Origin: Candidatus Doudnabacteria bacterium
Lineage (GTDB): Bacteria > Patescibacteriota > Doudnabacteria > UBA920
NCBI GenBank assembly: GCA_963788395.1
Contig: CAWBGV010000026.1
Coordinates: forward strand, 137 to 64,136
Direction: 5' to 3'
DNA: 64,000 nt
Below the pieces are notes generated by a model. That model was given only the letters and a program-made list of their open reading frames with translations. It did not search any database and was not told where the DNA came from. Positions 1 through 9,029 of this stretch are shown here, one piece after another. The translations under genes were made by a program, and so were the position numbers. Each line of letters opens with the position of its first letter. Within the stretch, counting starts at the first letter, position 1.

Positions 1-251
1 GGTCGGATCCTGGCGACAAGAGCGTCATCTCGAGGGTGGCGCGACAACTCGGGGTAGGTGAAGAGTCGCTGCGCGTTTGGGTGAAGCGAGCCCAGATCGA
101 CGCGGGTACTCGGCCCGGTCTCACCACCGAGGAGCGTGAGGAGCTGAAGCGGCTGCGCAAAGAGAACTTCGAGTTGCAGCGGGCGAACGACATCTTGCAA
201 GCCGCGGCAACTTTCTTCGGGGCGGAGCTCGACCGCCGACAGAAGAGGTAG
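1..251 (+). CDS. IS3-family transposase OrfA (HTH), 5' end cut by window edge
   Basis: Frame is open from base 3. ...SDPGDKSVISRVARQLGVGEESLRVWVKRAQIDAG...LKRLRKENFELQRANDILQAAATFF is the HTH plus leucine-zipper layout of IS3 OrfA. It stops 30 nt before OrfB. Confidence 0.8.
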   Translation, partial: SDPGDKSVISRVARQLGVGEESLRVWVKRAQIDAGTRPGLTTEEREELKRLRKENFELQRANDILQAAATFFGAELDRRQKR

Positions 252-280
252 TTACCTTCATCGACGCCCACCGGGACTCT

Positions 281-1168
281 TTGACCCGTGGGCGTCGTTG
301 GGGAGTCGAGCCGATCTGCGCCCAACTGCAGGTCGCCCCTTCCACTTACTACGACACCAAGTCACGGCCGGTGTCGGCTCGCCAGAGGCGCGACGAGGAA
401 CTCGGTCCCGCGCTCGAGGCGATCTGGAAGAAGAACTACTCCGTCTACGGTCGGCGCAAGCTCACCAAGGCCGCGAGGCGTCGCGGACTCGACTGTGGTC
501 GCGACCAGGTCGAGCGACTCATGAAATGCCAAGGTATTCGCGGGGCGTCACGCGCCAAGCGGCGCTTCACGACCCACGCCGACAAGAACAACCTGCGCGC
601 GCCGGACCTCGTCAATCGAGCGTTCGTGGCCACTCGACCCGATCAACTTTGGGTTGCCGACTTCACTTACTGCTCGACGTGGAGCGGGGTGGTCTACGTG
701 GCCTTCATCATCGACGTGTTCTCGCGCCGACTCGTTGGTTGGAAAGCGAGTCGCACCATGACCGCGTCACTCGTCGTCGACGCGCTCAACATGGCCGCCT
801 GGACGAGGCGCACCAGACTCGACGGACTTATTTGTCACACGGACGCGGGAGCCCAATACACGAGTATTTCCTACACCGACCGCATCGACGAGCTCGGCGT
901 CTCTGCGTCAATCGGCACCGTCGGCGATTCGTTTGATAACGCGATGGCCGAATCGGTCATGGGCATCTTCAAGACCGAGCTGCATCGCAATCCTGCGGTG
1001 CTCGCGGACAACGGTGGGCACTGGCGAGGACTTGACGACCTCGAGGTCGCCACGTGCGCGTGGGTGTCGTGGTTCAACGAAGAGCGACTCCATGGCGAGC
1101 TCGACGACCGCACGCCGGCCGAGTTCGAGGAGGAGTACTCTCTGTCAGATCAAGCCAAGGTGGCGTGA
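281..1168 (+). CDS. IS3-family transposase OrfB (DDE/rve integrase core)
   Basis: 295-aa ORF with a DDE core: WVADFTYCSTWSGVVYVAFIIDVFSRRLVGW, HTDAGAQYTS, NAMAESVMGIFKTELH. The OrfA/OrfB arrangement is typical of a -1 frameshift fusion. Confidence 0.9.
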   Translation: MTRGRRWGVEPICAQLQVAPSTYYDTKSRPVSARQRRDEELGPALEAIWKKNYSVYGRRKLTKAARRRGLDCGRDQVERLMKCQGIRGASRAKRRFTTHADKNNLRAPDLVNRAFVATRPDQLWVADFTYCSTWSGVVYVAFIIDVFSRRLVGWKASRTMTASLVVDALNMAAWTRRTRLDGLICHTDAGAQYTSISYTDRIDELGVSASIGTVGDSFDNAMAESVMGIFKTELHRNPAVLADNGGHWRGLDDLEVATCAWVSWFNEERLHGELDDRTPAEFEEEYSLSDQAKVA

Positions 1169-1418
1169 GATTTCCAAGTTCGGAAGTCTCCAGGAAACCC
1201 AGGCCGATTCAGTCGTCCATTCTGTACGATTCACGGTTCTCGCCTACGAAGATCACTATTTGGCGCCAGTTCAAGACACTCAGGTCCGGGAAGGGTAAGG
1301 CGCGGTCGTGGCTTGAACGTTCCAAATACTCATCCGGGTGCCGTTGCAAAGCGCCCTTGGAATCGCCCTTCAACCCGAACTTTGCTTGCCCACTGTCACT
1401 GGATGCCAAGGTGTTTGT

Positions 1419-2440
1419 TTACGTTCCGCGTGGGTCAGCTGTGAACTCCACTACCAACCAGAGATCCTGGGGGATCTCTGACAGTCGTCGCTTCAGCTCG
1501 TGGCGAACTTCGTCGGATTGGCGGACGGTCCAATCAGCGGCCACTACGAAATCGAGTTCAACGTAAAACTTGCGACCTATTTTGTCATTCGAAGATTCTG
1601 TTCTCGTAAGTTGAACATCTCACACACTTCATCAACTGCGGAGCGAGCTTCGTCACGCAGTTCGCCACTTGGAGATCCTTCGACGAGTTCAATGAACGTT
1701 GAACGAATCATCTGCAAGGGCGGAATGATGAACGCCAAGCAGGTCGTGACAACGAGCAAGGGGTCAACATAGCGCGCAGCGGGTGACCAGGAAGTCGACA
1801 AGATGACTCGGGCGAAGATGAATGCGAGGAGCATGCCCAAACCCAGCAGGGAGCCTGAGAGCCACGCAATGTTTTCCGCGCGGACCAATTCGGAGTTGCC
1901 CGCGCTTCGGCGTAAGGCAACATAGACCCCGGCGCACAGCACGAATGCCAGAACTGCGTAGGCGAGAGCCCAGCCAGCGGGAACCTTGCTCCCACCGTCA
2001 ACGATGGTGAGGACTGCGTTGAACGTGGCGTAGATACACGTGGCCAGCAGGGCCACCCCTTCAATCGCAATGATGAGGGGAGTAAGTGCTTCACGGCCAA
2101 ACGGATATCGCAGCGTCGGGCCCCTTGCAACCAGATGAGAAACTCGAAGGGCCATCGACGAAAGGCCAATGCCTAAGAATGTGTAAAAGCCGTCAAACAA
2201 GATGATCTGCGAACCTGTCGCCACGCCGATAACAATCCCCAGAGCAGCAAGGACGATGCCGAAACTCACGGAGAGGCCGAGCGACCTGCGCTCAGTATGA
2301 AGTTCTTCGTGGTCGCTTTCAGCGGTCATAGATTGCGATTGAGATGTGACATCACTACCCAGTTCCTTTTGGTGTTCGTACGAGATACTTCTCATGTCGG
2401 GAAGCGAAATTTCTTGGCCTCTAGAGCATGAGCTACCCAA
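1419..2440 (-). CDS. cation diffusion facilitator (CDF) family transporter, one frameshift
   Basis: Six-TM-like ORF 1577-2440 (…YPFGREALTPLIIAIEGVALL…). The C-terminal cytoplasmic domain (KIGRKFYVELDFVVAADWTVRQSDEVRHELKRRL…TADPRGT*) continues in another frame after an A4 run at ~1580. Confidence 0.8.
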
Positions 2441-2522
2441 AGGCTAAGCCTTCAGTCCTTGGTTGACAGCAACTCGCTTCGATGTGGAAACGCTGGTACA
2501 GCGTCGGGCGATCAGGTGTGAG

Positions 2523-3468
2523 TTACCACAACGACGAAAGATGTCCGGTGACGAGCTCGGACGCTTTGATGGTGACGGGGGATGATGGCGGATCTTGCTG
2601 ACTCTTGGAACCTGTCTCTTCCACAAGGGTCGAGCGGACCGCTGCACTCAAGAAGCGTGACGGTTGCGCCCAGGAGTGGTCATCACGAACCCGATGATGG
2701 TGGTACCGCAGTGGCACGTAGATGGAGAGATTCCTCCGGGCGCGGGTGATGGCGACGTAGAAGAGACGTCGTTCTTCTTCAAGTCCTTCGGGCGACCCCA
2801 GCGCCATGTCCGAGGGAAAGTTGCCGTCGGCCGCGTGAATAACGTGCACGGCGTCGAATTCGAGACCTTTCGCCGAATGGACAGTTGAGAGGACGAGCCA
2901 GTCCTCGTCCATCATCGGTGGGCCTGCGAGGTCACCAGTGGAAGCCGGCGGCTCCAAAGCCTGCTCGGCGGCCACGTCGCTCAGTCGCGTCGTCTCATGG
3001 CATGCAAGCACGAGCGCGCCGAGGTCTTCAAGCCGTGGGGCTGCATCATCATAGGAAGAGGTGATCAGTGGCTCGACAGCACGGCAAATCCGTTCCGCGT
3101 GCATTGCGACTGGCTCCGTCGCCTTGCCACATAACGCAAGTGCGAGATCACTCGACATCGCTCGGGCATCTTCTGGCAGCACATCCAGAACGTGCGACCA
3201 TCGACTTTGGATCTCGCCGTGAGAAAGAGGGACCACGCCATCGACGTCTCGAAGCGCGTCGATGGCGCGCCTGGCCTTGCTCGGGCCCACACCGGGCATC
3301 AGTTGCAAGAGACGGAACCATGCCATCTCGTCGCGAGGATTGTCGGCAAGTCGAAAGGCTGCGAGAAGATCTTTGACGTGCGCCGCTTCTAAGTAGCGCA
3401 GTCCGCCGTACTTGACGAAGGGAATTCGTCTTCGCGCGAGTTCGATCTCGAGATCGGCACTGTGGTGG
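2523..3468 (-). pseudogene. UvrD/PcrA-type helicase, C-terminal ~315 aa only
   Basis: …DLEIELARRRIPFVKYGGLRYLEAAHVKDLLAAFRLADNPRD…LSTVHSAKGLEFDAVHVIHAADGNFPS…RRLFYVAITRARRNL are UvrD_C motifs. The N-terminal ATPase half is absent and the reading frame runs straight into an unrelated FAH gene at ~3468. Confidence 0.75.
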
Positions 3469-3619
3469 CCAGGGCAATGACGGTTCCCGCCTCGAGCGGC
3501 GGCAGCCACACCACGTCGGCTTCGGACACCCGCCGTCCGTCCTCGAGCAGCAGCCGATCGGCGCCGAGCGGAGTGGCGCTGTGGACCGCTCCCGAGTATG
3601 CAACGCGCGCGCGCCTCAT
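3469..3619 (-). pseudogene. FAH-family (HpaG-like, second gene) N-terminal ~50 aa stub
   Basis: MRRARVAYSGAVHSATPLGADRLLLEDGRRVSEADVVWLPPLEAGTVIALA. Its ATG overlaps the stop of the upstream FAH gene (ATGA). It is cut at ~3468. Confidence 0.6.
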
Positions 3620-4283
3620 GCTTGCGCCACGAACCGGTTGGACAACGTGCCCACCCCGTCGATCGCGATGTCGACCCGCTGCCGGCGCGGACCCGGGGGC
3701 AGGGTCTGGCCGTGCCCACCGCGAGCACGTCACCGGGCGAGAGAGTCATGAATTCGGTGACGTCCGCGAGCAGCCGTGACGTCAAGCGCACCAGGTCGGC
3801 CGTGTTCGAATCCTGAACCAGCGCGCCATCCACGAAGGTGCGAACGCCGAGCGCGTCCGGATCCGCAATCCGATCGCGTGTCACCACGGCCGGACCCAGC
3901 GGGCAGAAACCGTCACGCGCCTTGAACCGTATGGACGGCCGGTAGAACACTTCGTGCGGAATGCTCACGTCGTTGACGATCAGATAGCCAGCGACATGGT
4001 CGAGGGCGTCCGGACCGACAAGTTGCATGCGGGCGGCCGATCACCAGACCGAGACATGCGCCTGTCTCCAGTTCTTCGCATCCTGCCGGTATCTGCACGG
4101 CGCTGCCGGAAACGGCCAGGGTGTTGCGCGGTTTGATGTAAAGCACCGGCGCCCGCGGCAGCCCGTTGTAGGGCGGGAGGGCGGCCTTCGACGCGATCTC
4201 GTGGAGCGCCGTGGAATGGTTGAGCACAGGACGCCGTACACGGCGCCGCTCAATCTGAACGGTGCCGTATCGAATGGAATCAT
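3616..4283 (-). pseudogene. fumarylacetoacetate-hydrolase family protein (HpaG/HpcE-like), at least 3 frameshifts
   Basis: Pieces lie in three frames: MIPFDTAPFRLSGAVYGV; LPPYNGLPRAPVLYIKPRNTLAVSGSAVQIPAGCEELETGACLGLVIGR; VAGYLIVNDVSIPHEVFYRPSIRFKARDGFCPLGP…LSPGDVLAVGT; QRVDIAIDGVGTLSNRFVAQA*. Confidence 0.7.
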
Positions 4284-4325
4284 GCACTCCCCGGTCCTCA
4301 AGCGTCTTCCGCTCCCGTCCAATAG

Positions 4326-4343
4326 TTACTAATATATTAGTAA
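4326..4343. promoter_or_regulatory. 18-bp perfect palindrome TTACTAATATATTAGTAA (candidate MarR/HpaR operator)
   Basis: AT-only perfect palindrome in a GC-rich divergent intergenic region, between the FAH gene (minus) and the MarR-family gene (plus). Confidence 0.45.
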
Positions 4344-4402
4344 TCGTTCCACTTGTCGAAGAGCGCGTCAAGAATGCAGCCCAAGCCCAGCGGAAACCCC
4401 CG

Positions 4403-4851
4403 TTGCAGCGACGCAACTTGCCGCTGCTGATGCTTCGGGCGCGCGAGCGCGTCATAGCGCTGTTTCGGCCGGTCTTGAACGAAAACGGAGTCACCGAGCA
4501 ACAGTGGCGGATAGTGCGCCTGCTGCTCGACACCGGACCGCTGGAACCGCGGCAGATCGGCGAATTTTGCAACCTCTCGAGTCCCAGCCTGGCGGGCGTA
4601 ATGGCGCGCATGGAACAGATCGGACTGGTGCGGCGCAAACGCTTGCCCAATGATCAGCGACGCGTGAGCGTTTCGCTCACGGCGCACAGCCGGGCTCTCG
4701 CCAGGCGCATTGCTCCGCGCATAGAGGCGGTCTACGCACACATTGAAGATGTCCTTGGGGCCGAATTTGCCGAGGCTTCTACCGAACGCTCGATGATGTC
4801 ATCGCCAAGCTGCCGCCACAGCGTGCGCGATCCGCCCGCGCAATCGGGTAG
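4403..4851 (+). CDS. hpaR: MarR-family regulator, HpaR-like; one frameshift near 4775
   Basis: NLPLLMLRARERVIALFRPVLNENGVTEQQWRIVRLL…LSSPSLAGVMARMEQIGLVRRKRLPNDQRRVSVSLT follows the HpaR pattern (LLQAREAAM..FRP…LTEQQWRIVRIL). A TTG start at 4403 is inferred. The C-terminus FYRTLDDVIAKLPP…AIG* is in a shifted frame. Confidence 0.7.
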
Positions 4852-4878
4852 CGTATTACAATTGCCAAGGGCAAAATC

Positions 4879-5243
4879 TTGCAAATCCTTCCACGGTCGT
4901 GCGTCGCGCTGATTTGGCTGATCCTCGCCGCGTCGCTGTGCGTGGGCATTCTTGGGCGCGGCTACTGGACGCCCGATGAGCCGCGCGAGGCGGATCTCGC
5001 CTGGCGCATGAGTTGGCAACCCTCCAAGGCGGTGCCGCTCTTGGCCGGCGAAGCTTTTTGCGAAAAGCCGCCGCTCACGTACTGGCTGGCGGGTGCCACC
5101 ATCGGGGCCGGTGGAAGTGACGCTTGGGTGGCCCGGCTGCCCAATCTGCTGTACGCCCTGATCACGGCCCTTGCCGTGGCAATGATTGCGCGGCGCGGGG
5201 CCGGGCCGATTGCCGGCATCGCCGCCGCCGCCGCAATCAGCAT
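4879..5243 (+). pseudogene. ArnT/PMT-like membrane glycosyltransferase, N-terminal ~120 aa stub
   Basis: …GRGYWTPDEPREADLAWRMSWQ…AGEAFCEKPPLTYWLAGATI…ARLPNLLYALITALAVAMIARR is the N-terminus of dolichyl-phosphate-mannose/ArnT-type GT-C enzymes. It ends at ~5243, where the antisense of kup begins. Confidence 0.5.
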
Positions 5244-5244
5244 T

Positions 5245-6506
5245 GGCGAAGTTGGCCGCGAGAAAGCTTCCGTCGATCAGGATGAAGCAGGCGGCCACCG
5301 CGCCGGCGAGCCACAGCGGCCACTTCCAGATCTCGCGCATGGCGATGAACAGGAGCACGCTCGTCATCAGCATGGTCGCCGACACGGCGATGCCGTAGGC
5401 GGCGGCGAGGTTGTCGGACTTGCCGAAGCCGATGGTGAGCATCAGCGTCACGACCATCAGCATCCAGTTGACCGCGCCGACGTAGATCTGCCCGTAGCCC
5501 TCCTGCGAGGTCTGGGTGATGGTCATGCGCGGCATCCAGCCGAGCTGGATCGCCTGGCGGGTCATCGAAGAGGCGCCGGTGATGATCGACTGGCTGGCGA
5601 TCACCGTCGCCACGGTGGCGAGCAGGATCATGGGCGTCAGCAGCGTCCCGGGCAGAGCCGGAAGAAGATGTTGCCCTCGGTCGGCGCGCCGGCGAGCACG
5701 ATCGCCGCCTGCCCGGCGTAGTTCAGGACCAGCGCCGGAAACACCACCGCCTACCACGGCGAGCCGGATCGGTCTCGCGCCGAAATGTCCCATGTCGGCG
5801 TAGAGCGCCTCGGCCCCGGTGACGCACAGGAACACGCCGCCGAGCACGAGGAAGCCCGTGATCCCGCCACGCACGAGGTAGTCGAGGCCACAGAGCGGGT
5901 TGATCGCCGTGACGACCTCCGGATGCTGCGAGGATCCCGGAGATCCCGAGCGCCGCGATGACGACGAACCAGAGGAGCATGATCGGGCCGAACGCGCTGC
6001 CGATCGCGCGCCGTCCCGACGGCTGGACGGCGAACAGCGCGAACAGGATCGGACGGCCGCCGGCAGCACCCAGGCTGTCAGGCGCGGGCGCGATCTGCTC
6101 GAGGCCCTCCAGCGCGGAGAGCACCGAGATCGCCGGGGTGATCGCGCCGTCGCCATAGATCAGCGCCGCGCCGAACAGGCCCGATGGCGACGATGATCGG
6201 CCGAGCTGCGCCTTGACGCCGAGCAGCGACATCAGCGCGAGGATGCCGCCCTCCCCGTCGTTGTCGACCCGCATGGCCAAGTCACGTATTTGACGGCGGT
6301 GATCATGATCAGGGTCCACAGGATCAGCGACAGCGCGCCGAGCGAGGCCGCGGCGTCGGGTGGGGGCCGGTGACGTCGAGCACCGTCTTGAGGGTGTAGA
6401 GCGGGCTCGTGCCGATGTCGCCGAACACCACGCCGAGCGCCGCCAGGCCGGCGAGCCCCGCCCACCCGCCCGACGGCTTTCCGATATCGTTCGACTCGCC
6501 CGCCAT
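5245..6506 (-). pseudogene. kup: KUP-family potassium uptake protein, 3'-truncated and frameshifted
   Basis: MAGESN…GVVFGDIGTSPLYTLK; VKYV…DNDGEGGILALMSLLG; LIYGDGAITPAISVLSALEGL; GAEALYADMGHFG; SQSIITGASSMTRQAIQLGWMPRMTITQTS…GQIYVGAVNW. These lie in at least 3 frames. The gene stops at …LIDGSFLAANFAN with no C-terminal domain. Confidence 0.85.
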
Positions 6507-6821
6507 CCAGATCTCCTCGCGCCAGATCGCCACGCGCCGCCGGCGCCGCTCCGGCGCAGCCAATGCCACAGCCGGAGCGAGCGCCATAGCCGCAAGGCGA
6601 GACAATTCGTTGACGATCCGCCGCCGCCGCGCCCGGTCACGGTAAACGCCAAGCAACCGAAGACGGTAAACCCAAAATGAAGCAAAGGTCTTGTCAAGAT
6701 TAAGAAATTTCGCGTCGCCCGAGCGCCCGCGACCGATAAAATTCGAGCGAATTTCGCAGGCGCGCGCCAACGGGGCGGCGGCGATCGTCGTGGCGGGACG
6801 AACGGACGATGAGGCGCGCTC

Positions 6822-7440
6822 ATGCTCACCCGGCTCCTCACTTTCACCCTCGCGATCCTCCGGCCTCGCGTTCGCCGGGCTCGGCGAGGCGTCGGAAGGT
6901 CTGCCCCGGGCGAGCCGGGCGCCGGTCGGCGGCGAAACCGCGATCCCCTACGGCTGGGTCGACTTCTGCAACCGCCAGGCCGACGAATGCACGCTCGGCA
7001 AGCTCACGCCGGTCGACGTCCGCCTGACGCGGCAGGCGTGGCGATGCTCAACGACGTCAACGCGGCGTCAACGGCGCGATCGAGCCGATCAGCAACCTCG
7101 ACCATTGGGGCACCATGCTCGACCATTGGGACTATCCGGTCGACGGCAAGGGCGACTGCAAGATCTACGCCCTGTTCAAGCGCAAGCTCCTGATCGAACG
7201 CGGCTTTCCGCGCCAGGCGCTGCTGATGACGATCGTGCGCGACCTCAATGGCGAGGGCCATGCGGTGCTCACGGTGAAGACCGACCGCGGCGACTTCGTG
7301 CTCGACAATCTCGCCGACGAGTCCGCCCCTGGAACGCGACCGGCTACAGTTCTTCAAGCGCCAGGCGCAGGACGACCCGAACGTCTGGCTGAGCCTCGGC
7401 GGGGCGACGGGCGCCCCCGCCCAGTCCGGAGCGAGTGAGC
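6822..7440 (+). pseudogene. transglutaminase-like cysteine peptidase (BTLCP family), frameshifted
   Basis: Signal-like MLTRLLTFTLAI; ETAIPYGWVDFCNRQADEC; WDYPVDGKGDCKIYALFKRKLLIERGFPRQALLMTIVRDLNGEGHAVLTVKTDRGDFVLDNL. These are spread over three frames. Confidence 0.6.
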
Positions 7441-7666
7441 CGCGAAGGGGAGACGCGGACGCTCGATTGGACAGTACCCGCCTTCCTCTGCGCCGCGCCC
7501 TTGCCCCGGCCGACGGCGCGCGCCTCGGCCATGAAGGCGACGGCGGCGGGTTGACAGGAGACGGGTGGACACGCATGCGGCCAGCAAGGCAAATTGCCAC
7601 GGCGCGTGGCGCGGGCCGGCCAAGAGGGCGGTCCCTGCGCCGGGATGACATGGGGAGGCTTGACAC

Positions 7667-9029
7667 ATGACCTGGAAAGCGGCGGGCGCCCTGGCGCTCG
7701 GCTTGAGCGCGGCGGCGCTCTCGGCGCCGTCCTTCGCGGACGCGCAGAAGCCCAACATTCTCGTCATCATGGGCGACGACATCGGCTACTGGAACATCAG
7801 CGCCTACAACCGCGGCATGATGGGCTATCGCACGCCCAACATCGATCGCATCGCCAACGAGGGCGCGATCTTCACCGACTATTACGCCCAGCAGTCCTGC
7901 ACGGCGGGCCGGGCCGCCTTCATCACCGGCCAGAGCCCGATCCGCACCGGCCTGCTCAAGGTCGGCCTGCCGTCGGCCAAGGAGGGCCTGTCCGACAAGG
8001 ATCCGACGCTCGCCGAGCTCCTGAAGCCGCAGGGCTACGTCACCGGCCAGTTCGGCAAGAACCATCTGGGCGACCGCAACGAATTCCTGCCGACGGTGCA
8101 CGGCTTCGACGAGTTTTTCGGCAACCTCTACCATCTCAACGCCGAGGAGGAGCCGGAGAACCCCGACTATCCGAACCCTCCGAATACCGAATTTCGGCAG
8201 CAGTTCGGGCCGCGCGGCGTTTTCCACTGCTTCGCGACGGACACGGTGACCCCTGGCGAGGATCCGCGTTTCGGCGCCTGGGGCAAGCAGAAATGCGAGG
8301 ACACCGGCCCGATCACCAGGAAGCGCATGGAGACGGTGGACGAGGAGTTCCTGAGGGCTCGCTCGATTCATGGACCACGCCCCGAGGACAAGAAGCCGTT
8401 CTTCGTCTGGTTCAATTCGACGCGCATGCACATCTTCACCCACCTCAAGCCGGAGTCGCGGGGGTGACCGGGCTCGGGACCTATCCCGACGGCATGGTCG
8501 AGCACGACGGTCAGGTCGGCCAGCTCTTGAAGAAGCTCGACGACCTCGGCGTCGCCAACAACACGATCGTGATCTACACGTCCGACAACGGCGCCGAGGC
8601 CTTCTCGTGGCCCGACGGCGGCACCACGCCGTTCCGCAGCGAGAAGAACAGCAACTGGGAAGGCGGCTACCGCGTTCCGGCGATCGTGCGCTGGCCCGGC
8701 GTGGCCAAGCCCGCACACCGAGATCACGGGATCTTCTCGGGCGAGGACTGGCTGCCGACGCTGATGGCGGGCGCGGGGGAGCCGGACATCGTCAACAAGC
8801 TCCTGCAAGGCTACGACGCCGGCGGCAAGACCTTCAAGGTCCATCTCGACGGGAACGATCAGCGCGACTGCTGGCCGGCGGCCCCGACCGCGCGCCGCTC
8901 CTTCTTCTACTGGACCGACGACGGCGACCTCGCGGGCCTGCGCTACGACCGGTGGAAGGTCGTGTTCCTCGAGCAGCCAGCACGAGGGCCTCAAGGTGTG
9001 GCAGCAGCCGCTCGTGCGGTCCAGACGGC
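7667..9029 (+). pseudogene. arylsulfatase (formylglycine type), frameshift at ~8465, 3' end cut at ~9030
   Basis: Signal peptide, then [15 protein letters not shown]…[13 protein letters not shown] (C-x-A-x-R FGly motif)…GKNHLGD. The sequence continues in another frame as YPDGMVEHDGQVGQLLKKLDDLGVANNTIVIYTSDNGAE…WEGGYRVPAIVRWPG. Confidence 0.85.

Larger units (their letters stand above)
1..1212 (+). mobile_element. partial IS3-family insertion sequence (left end outside window)
   Basis: OrfA plus OrfB. GC content drops right after ~1210 and an adjacent minus-strand ORF (1209-1409) ends abruptly there. The right inverted repeat was not defined precisely. Confidence 0.7.

Noticed and set aside
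230-290. Programmed -1 frameshift site of the IS3 transposase
   Set aside because: The OrfA/OrfB geometry implies one, but I could not identify a canonical A-AAA-AAG-type slippery heptamer in the 30-nt overlap region. No site is reported.
1209-1409. 66-aa minus-strand ORF between the CDF gene and the IS end
   Set aside because: It is possibly the start of a gene truncated by the IS3 insertion, but there is no recognisable domain and it is too short to support.
2523-4028. 501-aa ORF that looks like a novel FAH-hydrolase/UvrD-helicase fusion protein
   Set aside because: The ORF is stitched from a frameshifted FAH gene, out-of-frame read-through of a second FAH gene start, and a helicase C-terminal half that begins mid-domain at ~3468. 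The middle 150 residues are R/A/G-rich nonsense. It is a junction artefact, not a fusion enzyme.
7004-8716. 570-aa minus-strand ORF, and the many other long ORFs on both strands between 3000 and 9000
   Set aside because: These are typical stop-poor shadow frames of high-GC DNA. Their translations are Arg/Ala/Gly/Pro-rich and overlap recognisable genes on the other strand or frame (arylsulfatase, BTLCP, kup).
8370-9029. N-terminal 220 codons of the 1714-aa ORF 8370-13514
   Set aside because: This part is an alternative frame of the GC-rich arylsulfatase DNA (R/S/G-rich, not protein-like). The real surface-protein coding sequence only begins at the composition shift near 9030.
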